Positions 6,094 through 16,548 of a stretch of DNA of 47,718 bases are shown in pieces. This DNA is from Candidatus Shapirobacteria bacterium. GTDB lineage: Bacteria; Patescibacteriota; Microgenomatia; UBA12405. The notes beneath the pieces were generated by a model. It saw nothing but the letters and a program-made list of their open reading frames with translations. It was not told the origin of the DNA and ran no database searches. The stretch spans positions 1 through 47,718 of the forward strand of contig JAGOPG010000001.1 of assembly GCA_017992115.1 (NCBI GenBank). Direction: 5' to 3'. A program made the position numbers and the translations under genes. Within the stretch, counting starts at the first letter, position 1; every line of letters begins with the position of its first letter.

Positions 6094-7221
6094 ATGAATT
6101 TTAACAAATATCATCACCAATTGCTCCTTCTATTAATTACCTTTTTCTCCTCAGCTTTAATTTGGTTTTTATTTTACAAAAATATTCCTAGGTTTTTAGG
6201 CTTTCCAGCCACCAGTCTAGAAACTATATACGCCAATTACGATGGTCCCAATTATATGATTATTGCCAAGTGTGGATACAATAAGGATTGTATTCGTCAG
6301 CAATTTTCCCTCCCCTTGCCTCTAGAATATTACCCTGCACATCTTCCGGCATTTCCTCTGCTGATTAAAATTTTTTCACTTTTTTTAACCACTCCCAAAG
6401 CAATGCTTTTAGTTTGTCTATTAGGATCGGCATTTTTTACTTTATCTTGTTATTATTTTTTTCGATTATTTTTTAGCGAGAAAAAATCATTTTGGCTTTC
6501 ATTCTTAATTATTTTCTTTCCGGCCCGACTTTTTATCTTAAGACTGATAGGTGCACCTGAAACCTGGTTCTTGGGCTCAATCTTATTCTCCATCGTTTTC
6601 TTTAAGAAAAACAAATTCTTACCATCAGCTCTTTTTGGAGTATTTGCCCAACTCTTAAAAAGTCCGGGAATCTTGCTCTTTGTTGCCTACGCTTTTACTT
6701 TCTTGTTCGAATATATAAAAAGCAAAAAAATAAATAAAAATTATTTATGGTATTTGTTAATTCCAATTTCCGCCTTAGGAATTTTTTATCTATACTATCT
6801 ACAAACAGGGGATTTTTGGGCATATTTTAATTCTGGAGACAACATTCACCTGACGCCTTTTCCTTACCAAGTTTTTGTCAGTAACCGTTCATGGATTAGT
6901 ACAATTTGGCTGGAAGATATTATTTACATTTTAATTTTTTGCTTTTCTGCCCTAAAAAAATTATGGAAAAAATATTCTCGTGATATTGTTTTTATTTTTC
7001 CATTTGTTTTTACTCTTGCTACTATCATGGTGGCTCATCGTGACATCAGCCGTTATATTGCTCCAGTCTATCCCTTTGTTTTTCTCGCTTTTGGAAATAA
7101 AATTACCAAGAAAAAGAATCGTCTTCTCTTTTATCTACTTATACCGGCAGTTCTCCTTTATGCTATCAATTTTGTAATCGGCAATACTGCCCCTGTTGAC
7201 AACTGGACACCTTATCTTTAA
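6094..7221 (+). CDS. polytopic membrane protein, putative GT-C-type glycosyltransferase
   Basis: About 10 predicted hydrophobic helices with the loop ANYDGPNYMIIAKCGY. No specific family assigned. Confidence 0.5.
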   Translation: MNFNKYHHQLLLLLITFFSSALIWFLFYKNIPRFLGFPATSLETIYANYDGPNYMIIAKCGYNKDCIRQQFSLPLPLEYYPAHLPAFPLLIKIFSLFLTTPKAMLLVCLLGSAFFTLSCYYFFRLFFSEKKSFWLSFLIIFFPARLFILRLIGAPETWFLGSILFSIVFFKKNKFLPSALFGVFAQLLKSPGILLFVAYAFTFLFEYIKSKKINKNYLWYLLIPISALGIFYLYYLQTGDFWAYFNSGDNIHLTPFPYQVFVSNRSWISTIWLEDIIYILIFCFSALKKLWKKYSRDIVFIFPFVFTLATIMVAHRDISRYIAPVYPFVFLAFGNKITKKKNRLLFYLLIPAVLLYAINFVIGNTAPVDNWTPYL

Positions 7222-8087
7222 ATATAAAGATAAATTCTTCCATTATCTTCTGATATCTTACCCTCAAGACACATCATGCTAATTTTGCTGGTTAATTCCG
7301 AAGTTTCAATTTTTAATTCATTGCATAATTCATCGACACTTTTAGCTTCTATTTTAAGCAATTCAATAATTGAATTTTCCAACGGATCGCTGCTTTCAAA
7401 TAATACTCCCTGAGTTAAATTATCCATATTTCCGACAATATCTTGAGCCTTTGTTGTTATCTTTCCCTGTTTACTTTTAATTAAATAATTTGTGCCTTCA
7501 GCAATACTGTTATTAATTTGACCCGGTACGGCATATATTTTTTTTCCCTGTTCTCTGCCGATCCTGGCAGTAATCAGAGATCCGGATTTTATTCCCGCTT
7601 CAACCACCAACACTCCCAGAGTAGATAAACCGGAAACTATCCTGTTTCTTTGTGGAAAACTCCATAAAGTTGGTTGGAAATTTGGTGTATACTCCGAGAT
7701 CACCAAGCCATTGTTTTCTAAAATTTCGCTATAAAGATTGTCATTTTCCGGGGGAGTTAAAATGTTTAAACCACCTCCCAGCACGGCTATAGTCTTGCCA
7801 CCAAATTCCAGACATTTTTTATGTGACTCGGCATCAACTCCGTACATAAATCCGGATATTATGGTTATATTATTAGCCACAAAAACAGGCATAAATTTGG
7901 CAATTACTTCCTGGCCATATCGGCTCATTCTTCTACTACCCACTATTGATAAACTTTTTTTAAAAACATTATTATCCCAGTTACCTCTGTAAAATAATTT
8001 CTCTGGGCATTTCTTTATTTCTTTTAATTGTTTAGGAAAATCACTTTTTTCAATAGTGTTAATTTTCCACTCCCTCCAATTTTTCAT
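7218..8087 (-). CDS. dprA: DNA processing protein DprA (Smf)
   Basis: Rossmann-like core SIVGSRRMSRYG..GVDAESHKKCLEFGGKTIAVLGGGLN..YP.EN, and a C-terminal winged-helix-like tail. Confidence 0.9.
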   Translation of the reverse strand: MKNWREWKINTIEKSDFPKQLKEIKKCPEKLFYRGNWDNNVFKKSLSIVGSRRMSRYGQEVIAKFMPVFVANNITIISGFMYGVDAESHKKCLEFGGKTIAVLGGGLNILTPPENDNLYSEILENNGLVISEYTPNFQPTLWSFPQRNRIVSGLSTLGVLVVEAGIKSGSLITARIGREQGKKIYAVPGQINNSIAEGTNYLIKSKQGKITTKAQDIVGNMDNLTQGVLFESSDPLENSIIELLKIEAKSVDELCNELKIETSELTSKISMMCLEGKISEDNGRIYLYI

Positions 8088-8458
8088 TCAATATTCTCAT
8101 AATGGCTAATCTTATCTCCCAAGATACATACGGCATCAATTCGGTATTTTTTAAATTTATACATTTCTTGTCGTTTTTCAACAATATAACTCTCTGCGAC
8201 TTTTTTCACCTGCCATATCTTATTTTTGCTAATCATTTCTTCCGGAACTCCAAACTTATCGTCACTTTTATACTTTACTTCAATGAAAACCAACCAATCA
8301 TTATCGGTCATTATCAAATCAATTTCTCCGATTTTATTTTCAAAGTTTGCCTCTATAAAATTAAAGCCCTTTTTTATTAAAAAATCCTTGGCTATATTTT
8401 CCCCATACTTTCCTTTATGATAATTTTCCTCTTTAACTTTAACTGTATTTAACATCAT
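8084..8458 (-). CDS. yraN: YraN family (UPF0102) endonuclease-like protein
   Basis: GENIAKDFLIKKGFNFIEANF..GEIDLIM...LVFIEVKYK is the PD-(D/E)xK signature of UPF0102. The conserved neighbourhood with comM and dprA is present. Confidence 0.85.
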   Translation of the reverse strand: MMLNTVKVKEENYHKGKYGENIAKDFLIKKGFNFIEANFENKIGEIDLIMTDNDWLVFIEVKYKSDDKFGVPEEMISKNKIWQVKKVAESYIVEKRQEMYKFKKYRIDAVCILGDKISHYENIE

Positions 8459-8460
8459 CT

Positions 8461-9996
8461 CTATTCTCCCGTTCTTACTCTATATTGTAATGCCTCAGCA
8501 ATATGTACTTCCTTGATTGTGTCAGAAGCTGCTAAGTCGGCAATTGTTCGACTGACTTTTATTAACCTAAAATAAGTTCTGGCAGACAGAGAGAATTTAT
8601 TTACCGCGTTTTTCAACAACAAATTTGCGGATTCTTCTAGTTTTGCCCATTCTTTTAAGTGTTTATTTTTCATATCTGAATTGCAATAAACACCTTTAGC
8701 ATTTTTAAATCTTATCTTTTGAATTTCACGGGCTTTAATTACTCTTTCCCTGATTACTTCAGATTTTTCAGAAGTATTATCGACATTTTTTACCATTAAT
8801 TTATTTACATCAACGGATGGTACATTCAAGTGAATATCAATCCGGTCCATAATTGGGCCTGATAATTTTTTTTGATAATTCAATACTTGATGAACATTAC
8901 ATTTACATTCCTTTTTTTCATCTCCTAAATATCCACACGGGCAAGGATTTGCCGCTGCTACCAACATAAATTGGCATGGAAAAGTTACTGATCCCGAAGC
9001 TCTGGAAATACTTACATATCCATCCTCAATTGGCTGACGTAAAGCCTCTAAACTAATTCTACTCAACTCAGGAAACTCATCAATAAAGAGTACTCCCCGA
9101 TGAGCCAAAGAGATTTCACCGGGTCTCGGGTTACTTCCACCACCAATTAAACCTACTTGAGAGGTGGTATGGTGGGGACTTCTAAAGGGACGATTTCTAA
9201 TCATTGACCCGCCCGAGGGAATATTACCGGTTATAGAATAAATTTTTGTCACCTCCAAACTTTCATCCTCAGACAGAGGAGGCAAAATTCCCGGGAGAGC
9301 TCTAGATAACATTGTTTTTCCACTCCCGGGAGGGCCCATTAAAAACACGTTATGGCCTCCAGCTGCAGCAATTTCTAAAGCTCTTTTTGCTGATTCCTGG
9401 CCTAAAATTTCAGAAAAATCAAACTGAATTATTGATTTATCCAACAATTCATGACTTTCAACATATTTTAAAGGTTCGATTAACTTATCACCACGTAAAT
9501 GTCTAATCAGATCTTTTAAACTGTTGACCGGATAAACTTCAATCCCTTCGACCACTGCTGCTTCATTGGCACAAAGTCTGGGTACAAATATTTTTTTAAC
9601 TCCTTTTTCTTTTGCCAAAATTGCCAATAAAAAAACACCTCTTGAATGTCTGAGACTTCCGTCTAGTGACAATTCTCCAAAATAATATTCCTTATCATCG
9701 GGTAGATTTATTTGATCACTTGAGGCCAGAATTCCGACTGCAATTGGTAAATCGTAATAAGCACCTTCTTTTGGTAAATCAGCTGGCGCCAAATTTACTG
9801 TAATTTTGGCTGTTGGAAATTCCATATCACAGTTAATAATGGCTGTTTTGACTCTTTCCTTGGCTTCTTCTACTGCCTTACTGGCCAAACCAACAATCGT
9901 AAAGCCAGGAAAACCTTTTTCAGCCACATTAACTTCAGTTTCTATCTGGACTGCTTCCAGTCCATAATTTGCCGCACTCCATATTTTTGTTAACAT
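8461..9996 (-). CDS. comM: Mg-chelatase-like AAA+ ATPase YifB/ComM
   Basis: N-terminal Lon-protease-like domain, Walker A GPPGSGKTM, Walker B LFIDEF, and the zinc-ribbon-like insertion CPCGYLGDEKKECKC. Confidence 0.92.
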   Translation of the reverse strand: MLTKIWSAANYGLEAVQIETEVNVAEKGFPGFTIVGLASKAVEEAKERVKTAIINCDMEFPTAKITVNLAPADLPKEGAYYDLPIAVGILASSDQINLPDDKEYYFGELSLDGSLRHSRGVFLLAILAKEKGVKKIFVPRLCANEAAVVEGIEVYPVNSLKDLIRHLRGDKLIEPLKYVESHELLDKSIIQFDFSEILGQESAKRALEIAAAGGHNVFLMGPPGSGKTMLSRALPGILPPLSEDESLEVTKIYSITGNIPSGGSMIRNRPFRSPHHTTSQVGLIGGGSNPRPGEISLAHRGVLFIDEFPELSRISLEALRQPIEDGYVSISRASGSVTFPCQFMLVAAANPCPCGYLGDEKKECKCNVHQVLNYQKKLSGPIMDRIDIHLNVPSVDVNKLMVKNVDNTSEKSEVIRERVIKAREIQKIRFKNAKGVYCNSDMKNKHLKEWAKLEESANLLLKNAVNKFSLSARTYFRLIKVSRTIADLAASDTIKEVHIAEALQYRVRTGE

Positions 9997-10087
9997 TCTT
10001 ACTAAACTGTATTCCTCATTGTCAAATATATCTAGTCCCTACTAATAACTATAGTAATAGTTTAAACTGCATGTATTACGTTGTAAT

Positions 10088-11725
10088 ATGACCAGGGAAC
10101 AAAGTATAAACTCACCCGAACATGTTCAGAAAATGTCTCTTCCTGTCGAATTTAAGGATTGGTTAAAGCCCTCTGAAGTCGGAGAACATCAAACTCTATA
10201 TCTTGTCAATACCAGATTGTGGATTGATCAACTATCAAAAAAATACCACCGACAGATAACTATCGATACTATCCCCAATAATGAGTGGGATAAACTCTTC
10301 GAAAAATACGATTATTTTTGGTTTATGGGAATTTATGCTCCAAGCAAAGCCAGTCAGGAGCATGCTAAAAAATGGTGTCATGAGTTTCGTTATGCCCTGC
10401 CCGATCTTGATCCTGAAAAAGATGTCGTTGCTTCACCTTTTGCTATTCCAGAATATGTTCCCAACCCAAAAATTGCTAAAAACTGGCAATCTTGGGATAA
10501 AATGCTTAACAAATTGCATCGGCATGGAAAAAAAGTAATGATCGATTTTGTTCCCAACCATACTGCTTTGGATGCCGAATTGGCCAAAAGCCATCCTGAA
10601 TATTTTATCCAGGGTAACCTGGATCAGTATAATTCCCAACCAAATTTTTTTTATCCGGTAGTGGCCAATAACGGCCAAACATATTACATCGCGCACGGAA
10701 AAGATCCCAATTTTCCCGAATGGGCTGATACCCTTCAATTGAATTATGGAGTTCCGGAATTACATGACGAGATGACAAAGCAACTTTTAGAATTAAGTCG
10801 ACATTCTGATGGTGTAAGATGCGACATGGCTATGCTACTAGATCCTTCTACCTTTATCAGAACTTGGGGTTGGCTTTTATCAGGAGAACAAAAGTCGTTT
10901 ATCGAAAAACATTCCTTTTGGCACGAAAAAATTCCATTGATAAAAGAAAATCTCTGCCGGCAGTTCGACTTTTTAGGTGAAATTTATTGGGATAAAGAAT
11001 ATCTTGGCCACGTTTTTGACTACATATATAACCAGGATTTTTATAAAATTTTATTGGAATCACCTCAAGCATTAAAATCACAAGTTCAAAAAATTCTGGC
11101 TGCTGGGAAAAACGGTAGGCATTATCATGACGCCCTATATATCGAAAATCATGATGAGGAACGTGCTTCACAGATATTAAGATCAGAACAATCCAAGGCG
11201 GCTGCTGCTTTGGCAGGGATAATTCCGAATTCAATTTTTATGGTCAATCAAGGCCAAGAAGAAGGATGGAGGATCAGACCACCAATGCAAATTTCACGTT
11301 TTCCAAACGAAGTAGTTAATACCGATACTCAGTTATTTTACGACAAACTACTTCACTTGTTTCATTCCCGTTTGTTTAAACAAGGAGAATGGGATTTGAC
11401 TGATATCAATCCAATTTGTGGGGACATAATTGCCCTTAAGGTTTTGTCTCCGGATAAAAAACTTGGTGCTATTGTTTGTATAAATCTTTATTCTAATTAT
11501 GCTAAATGTACTATTCCTGAAATTACCGCCAAAAAAAATGTTAATGTCATAAGTTTGACTGAATCCAAAGATATTATCACAGACACTGTCCGTTCTAATG
11601 GTATTTTTATAGGTTTAGATCCGGGTGAAGTTCAAATTGTCTATTTTTCAAATATAAACCCTGAAGAAGTTCCTGAATCTCAATATTATAGGAAAAACTT
11701 GTCAATTCTCTTGGATCAAAATTAA
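10088..11725 (+). CDS. alpha-amylase family (GH13-like) glycoside hydrolase/transferase
   Basis: GH13 conserved regions VMIDFVPNHTA, GVRCDMAM and YIENHDEER. Specificity not assignable. Confidence 0.75.
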   Translation: MTREQSINSPEHVQKMSLPVEFKDWLKPSEVGEHQTLYLVNTRLWIDQLSKKYHRQITIDTIPNNEWDKLFEKYDYFWFMGIYAPSKASQEHAKKWCHEFRYALPDLDPEKDVVASPFAIPEYVPNPKIAKNWQSWDKMLNKLHRHGKKVMIDFVPNHTALDAELAKSHPEYFIQGNLDQYNSQPNFFYPVVANNGQTYYIAHGKDPNFPEWADTLQLNYGVPELHDEMTKQLLELSRHSDGVRCDMAMLLDPSTFIRTWGWLLSGEQKSFIEKHSFWHEKIPLIKENLCRQFDFLGEIYWDKEYLGHVFDYIYNQDFYKILLESPQALKSQVQKILAAGKNGRHYHDALYIENHDEERASQILRSEQSKAAAALAGIIPNSIFMVNQGQEEGWRIRPPMQISRFPNEVVNTDTQLFYDKLLHLFHSRLFKQGEWDLTDINPICGDIIALKVLSPDKKLGAIVCINLYSNYAKCTIPEITAKKNVNVISLTESKDIITDTVRSNGIFIGLDPGEVQIVYFSNINPEEVPESQYYRKNLSILLDQN

Positions 11726-11774
11726 TCTCTACATTTTACCCAAAATAAACCCGAATATTTGATAAAATATCAAG

Positions 11775-13778
11775 GTGGATTTTAATTTAATTTCATCTCT
11801 AAAACCTGCCGGTGATCAGCCGGAGGCTATTAAATCACTTTTTAACGGCTTAAAGAATAATAAAGATAAACAAACTTTGTTGGGAGTTACGGGATCTGGA
11901 AAAACCTTTACCATCGCTAATATCATTCAAAAAACGCAACTTCCTACCTTGATTATCTCTCACAATAAGACTTTAGCCGCTCAGCTTTATCAGGAATTCA
12001 AGGAACTTTTTCCTGAAAATAAAGTTTCCTATTTTGTTTCCTATTACGATTATTATCAACCTGAGTCGTATTTACCGGCTTCCGATACTTATATTGCCAA
12101 AGAAGTAGAAATTAATGACTTAATCGACAAACTTCGACTTGAAACTACCTCTAATTTATTTTCAGGGAAAGATAATATTGTTGTTGCCTCAGTTTCTTGT
12201 ATTTATAATATCGGTGACCCCAGGGATTTCAGTGGTAAAACTATTACCCTAAAAGTAGGTGATATCTGGAGTCAACGCCAGCTTTTTTCTGCTTTAGTAT
12301 CTATTTTTTATAATCGATCTCAAATGGAATTTTCTCGTGGTCAATTCCGTGTCCGTGGTGAAAGCGTTGAAATCTGGCCATCATATGCCGATTGGATTTT
12401 AACTTTAGAAATGAATATGTCTGGCAAAATAACCAATATCTTTGAACGAAACCCTTTTACCAACAATCAATTTTCTCTATCCTCATATCAACTTTTTCCT
12501 GGCAAACAGTTTGTTGGGGCTTCTGGTCCAGGATTGAAGGAAATAATCAAAGAAATAAAAGCAGACGCAGTCAAAGAATCTGCTGTTTTTGAATCTCAAG
12601 GTAAAATTTTAGAAGCTCATCGTCTTCGTCAACGGGTAGATTACGACATGGAAATGCTTGAAGAAATTGGTTACGTCAACGGTATAGAAAATTATTCAAT
12701 TTACTTTGAAAAAAATCGCCACCGTGGTGATCCACCATATACCCTTATTGATTATTTTCACCATCTTTATGGCAATAATTTTTTAACTGTTATTGATGAA
12801 TCTCATGTTACCATTCCCCAAATTGGAGGTATGAGTGCTGGTGATGCTTCCCGGAAACAAAGCCTTGTTGATTTTGGTTTCCGACTCAAAAGTGCATACG
12901 ACAATCGACCTCTGCGATGGAATGAATTTTACGAACGCATCCCTAAAGTGATTTATGTGTCTGCCACCCCTGCTGAATTTGAAATTGAAGATTCTCATAA
13001 TCAAGTAGTCGAACAAATCATTCGTCCTACCGGTCTTCTTGATCCTCCCATTGAAATTCGAAGCAGTTTAGATCAAATTCCTAATTTAATTTCTGAAATC
13101 AAAAAAAGAGTAGTCAAAAGAGAAAGAACTCTTGTAGTTACCTTGACCAAAAAAATGGCCGAAGAACTTAGTGCTTACCTTTCTGATTCCAAAAAAACTG
13201 GAGAAAATTTTAAAGTAGCATATCTACATTCCGACATTGAAACTTTAGAAAGGACAGAAATCCTTGACAAGCTTCGAGTAGGAGATTTTGATGTCTTGGT
13301 GGGAATTAATTTATTACGTGAAGGTCTAGATTTACCCGAAGTTTCATTGGTGACAATATTAGACGCTGGCAACCAAGGTTTTTTGCGCTCAAAATCATCA
13401 TTAATTCAGATAATGGGTAGAGCTTCTAGAAATGTTTCCGGCTCAGTTATTTTATATGCTGACCAAATATCGGAAGCTATGAGGCAGGCTATTTCCGAGG
13501 TTAATCGCCGTCGTAAAATTCAAATAAAATACAATCAAGAACATAATATTACTCCCCAAAGTATCACTAAATCTATTCGTCCAAAATTAATTGAATCTGT
13601 TGACAAAGATACTGTGCTTATACCTGTTTTAGAGGTTGATCCTGGATCCCTGACTCCAAATCAACGAAAGGGACATTTGATTAAATTGAGAAAAGAAATG
13701 CGTGCCGCCGCCACTAATCTTGACTTCGAAACTGCTATCAAAATCAGGGACAGGATTAAAGAGATTGAAACTCTATAA
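11775..13778 (+). CDS. uvrB: excinuclease ABC subunit B
   Basis: GTG start. The N-terminus FNLISSLKPAGDQPEAI matches the E. coli UvrB start. Walker A GVTGSGKTF, helicase motifs, and the C-terminal UVR motif FETAIKIRDRIKEIE. Confidence 0.96.
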   Translation: MDFNLISSLKPAGDQPEAIKSLFNGLKNNKDKQTLLGVTGSGKTFTIANIIQKTQLPTLIISHNKTLAAQLYQEFKELFPENKVSYFVSYYDYYQPESYLPASDTYIAKEVEINDLIDKLRLETTSNLFSGKDNIVVASVSCIYNIGDPRDFSGKTITLKVGDIWSQRQLFSALVSIFYNRSQMEFSRGQFRVRGESVEIWPSYADWILTLEMNMSGKITNIFERNPFTNNQFSLSSYQLFPGKQFVGASGPGLKEIIKEIKADAVKESAVFESQGKILEAHRLRQRVDYDMEMLEEIGYVNGIENYSIYFEKNRHRGDPPYTLIDYFHHLYGNNFLTVIDESHVTIPQIGGMSAGDASRKQSLVDFGFRLKSAYDNRPLRWNEFYERIPKVIYVSATPAEFEIEDSHNQVVEQIIRPTGLLDPPIEIRSSLDQIPNLISEIKKRVVKRERTLVVTLTKKMAEELSAYLSDSKKTGENFKVAYLHSDIETLERTEILDKLRVGDFDVLVGINLLREGLDLPEVSLVTILDAGNQGFLRSKSSLIQIMGRASRNVSGSVILYADQISEAMRQAISEVNRRRKIQIKYNQEHNITPQSITKSIRPKLIESVDKDTVLIPVLEVDPGSLTPNQRKGHLIKLRKEMRAAATNLDFETAIKIRDRIKEIETL

Positions 13779-13832
13779 CACCCGAAGACAAACCGAAACT
13801 TTTCTAGTATAATAAACATTTGTTGATATTCT

Positions 13833-13860
13833 GTAGAGACGTGATTAATCGCGTCTCTAC
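13833..13860. promoter_or_regulatory. 28-nt near-perfect palindrome between uvrB and uvrA (hairpin or operator)
   Basis: GTAGAGACG-TGATTAATCG-CGTCTCTAC. The 9-bp arms are perfect, and the centre GATTAATC is itself palindromic. It lies downstream of a TATAAT at 13807-13812 and 10 nt before the uvrA ATG. Confidence 0.4.
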
Positions 13861-13869
13861 CTTTCAAAA

Positions 13870-16548
13870 ATGCAAAATAAAATTGTTATCAGGGGAGCTC
13901 GAGAAAATAATCTAAAAAATATCTCCTTTGAAATTCCTAAAAATCAATTCATTGCCTTTACCGGCGTTTCCGGCTCCGGCAAATCTTCTATGGCCTTTGA
14001 CACCCTTTTTGCTGAAGGCCAACGTCGTTATGTTGAAAGTCTCTCTTCCTATGTTCGCCAATTTCTGGGAAATATTAAACGTCCTGAAGTTGATCTTATT
14101 GAAGGCCTATCTCCCTCTATTGCCATCAATCAAAAAGCTATTTCACACAACCCCCGTTCCACTGTTGGTACCATTACTGAAATATATGATTATCTCCGAT
14201 TACTCGTTGCTAGAATTGGACATCCACATTGTCCAAATTGCGGTCGAGAGGTAATTCCTCAAACAAGTAAGCAAATTGTAACGCAAATAATTAATACCTT
14301 AAAATCGGAAGTTGTTAGTAGTCCCAATCGCTTTTTAATTCTTTCTCCACTAGTTCGTAATAAAGCTGGTGATTTTCGGGGTTTATTAGAAAATCTTCGT
14401 AAACAGGGTTTTAAATGGATTAGAGTAGATGGCCGCATTGTCGATTTGTATTCTGATTTTGGGATTGTTAAAAGCAATAAACACAATATTGATGCCATTT
14501 GTGATCGAATTTCTGTTGACAAACAAGCTTTAAAAAATACAGATAACCTGTTTTCCCGTCTTATAGATGATGTTGAATTAGCCATAAAATTTAGCAATGG
14601 CCAGGTAATAATGGCCACTATTCATGATTCCGGTTTTGATTTTCCCGAGAATCCAAAAGATGTCTCTGAAATTCTTTTTTCAGAAAATTTTGCCTGTCCA
14701 GTCTGTAATCTTTCTTTACCCACAATTGAACCTCGTTTGTTTTCTTTTAATGCCCCCCAAGGTGCCTGCCCCGAGTGTAAAGGCATTGGATCAAAATATC
14801 AAATTGATCGTAACAAATTTCCCGAATGGAAGGCTAAAATTTTAGAAAATCGTTATTTTACCACTGAAAATGAAGTTATCCGTGAAGAATTGGAAAAATT
14901 TATGATTAAAGAAGCCTGTCCATTATGTCACGGTGATAGATTAAACCACGAAGCTCTTTCTGTTACTATTCTCGACGAGAATATAGCCCAAATTAGTCGA
15001 TATTCTATTGCCAATCTATATAAATGGGCCAAAGATTTACCTCAAAAACTAGAACGCACCCAAGAAAAAGAGGTTATGGAATCTATCAATCGAGAAATTT
15101 TCTTTAGATTGGAATTTTTACTGGCTGTAGGGCTTGATTATTTAAGCATCGATCGAGAGGCGGGCAGTTTGTCTTCTGGTGAATCTCAGCGTATTCGTCT
15201 TGCTTCTCAAATTGGCACTGGCTTAACTGGAGTTCTCTATATTTTAGATGAACCTACTATTGGCCTTCATCCCCGAGACAACAATCGTCTTATTGTTACC
15301 CTAAAAAAATTAAAAGATTTAGGCAATACCGTTATTGTTGTCGAACACGATGAAGATATCATAAAATCTGCCGATCATATCGTTGACTTTGGTCCATATG
15401 CAGGTAAGAACGGTGGTGAGATAATCGCACAAGGTTCTTTAAAAGACATTATTTCAAACCCAAAATCTATTACTGGCCAATATTTATCTGGTAAAAAAAC
15501 TGTTAATCCAAAACAGGAAATTCTTCTCCCCACTCTGTCAAAAGAAAGTGCAGGGAAGATTTCGATTACTGGATGCCGTCAATGGAATCTTAAAAATATT
15601 ACTGTTGATTTCCCTCTCAATAAACTGATTTCCGTTACTGGTGTCTCAGGATCGGGCAAATCTACATTAGTCCACGACACTCTTTACGGTGGAGTCCGCA
15701 AAGCTACTTTAGGTGCTTATTATGGAACTATCGGTGAATATGACAAAATTGACGGTGCCGAATACTTGAATGACGTATTGTTGGTCGATCAGTCTCCAAT
15801 TGGCCGTACCCCTAGAAGTAATCCAGCAACCTATACCAAGCTTTTTGATGATATTCGCAAATTGATGGCTGAAACTGTTGAATCAAAAATTCACGGCTTT
15901 GATTCTGGACATTTTTCTTTTAATACTAAGGGAGGTCGTTGCGAAGCTTGTGAAGGTCAAGGGCAAATAAAAATTGAAATGCAATTTTTACCCGATATTT
16001 ATGTTACTTGCGATCAATGTCACGGAACCCGATACAAAGATGAAACTCTTGAAGTAACCTATAAAGACAAAAATATTGCCGATATATTAGATATGACTTT
16101 TGATGAAGCTGCCGATTTTTTCAAAAATATCAATTCCATAAAAAGAAAAATATCTACTATTCAAGAAGTTGGTTTAGGCTATCTAAAACTTGGTCAACCG
16201 AGCAATACCCTCTCAGGAGGTGAGTCACAACGCCTTAAAATTAGTCGTGAATTAGTAAAAAAAATCAATGGCCGTATTCTATATATTCTTGATGAGCCTA
16301 CTACTGGACTTCATTTCTATGACATTGATAAATTGATTAAGGTTTTACGAAAATTAGTTGATATGGGCAATACTGTTGTCACTATTGAACATAATTTAGA
16401 TGTTATCCGAAACAGCGATTGGGTAATAGATCTTGGTCCTGAAGGTGGAGATAAAGGCGGGGAAATTGTCGCCACCGGAACTCCAGAAGATATTACTAAA
16501 GTTGCTAAATCTTATACTGGTCAATACCTACGGCGCTACTTTTCCTGA
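13870..16548 (+). CDS. uvrA: excinuclease ABC subunit A
   Basis: Two ABC modules (GVSGSGKSS and GVSGSGKST; LSGGESQR twice). Zinc modules CPNCG, CPVCN..CPECKG and CEACEG..CDQCHG. A UvrB-binding-domain-like segment follows the first Zn module. Confidence 0.96.
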   Translation: MQNKIVIRGARENNLKNISFEIPKNQFIAFTGVSGSGKSSMAFDTLFAEGQRRYVESLSSYVRQFLGNIKRPEVDLIEGLSPSIAINQKAISHNPRSTVGTITEIYDYLRLLVARIGHPHCPNCGREVIPQTSKQIVTQIINTLKSEVVSSPNRFLILSPLVRNKAGDFRGLLENLRKQGFKWIRVDGRIVDLYSDFGIVKSNKHNIDAICDRISVDKQALKNTDNLFSRLIDDVELAIKFSNGQVIMATIHDSGFDFPENPKDVSEILFSENFACPVCNLSLPTIEPRLFSFNAPQGACPECKGIGSKYQIDRNKFPEWKAKILENRYFTTENEVIREELEKFMIKEACPLCHGDRLNHEALSVTILDENIAQISRYSIANLYKWAKDLPQKLERTQEKEVMESINREIFFRLEFLLAVGLDYLSIDREAGSLSSGESQRIRLASQIGTGLTGVLYILDEPTIGLHPRDNNRLIVTLKKLKDLGNTVIVVEHDEDIIKSADHIVDFGPYAGKNGGEIIAQGSLKDIISNPKSITGQYLSGKKTVNPKQEILLPTLSKESAGKISITGCRQWNLKNITVDFPLNKLISVTGVSGSGKSTLVHDTLYGGVRKATLGAYYGTIGEYDKIDGAEYLNDVLLVDQSPIGRTPRSNPATYTKLFDDIRKLMAETVESKIHGFDSGHFSFNTKGGRCEACEGQGQIKIEMQFLPDIYVTCDQCHGTRYKDETLEVTYKDKNIADILDMTFDEAADFFKNINSIKRKISTIQEVGLGYLKLGQPSNTLSGGESQRLKISRELVKKINGRILYILDEPTTGLHFYDIDKLIKVLRKLVDMGNTVVTIEHNLDVIRNSDWVIDLGPEGGDKGGEIVATGTPEDITKVAKSYTGQYLRRYFS

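Noticed and set aside
11755-11774. Palindrome TTGATA-AAA-TATCAA directly upstream of the uvrB GTG, as a possible SOS/LexA box
   Set aside because: It overlaps the TAAAAT -10-like hexamer and is made only of A/T-rich half sites. It does not resemble known LexA boxes and is not repeated at uvrA or uvrC. It is most simply promoter sequence.
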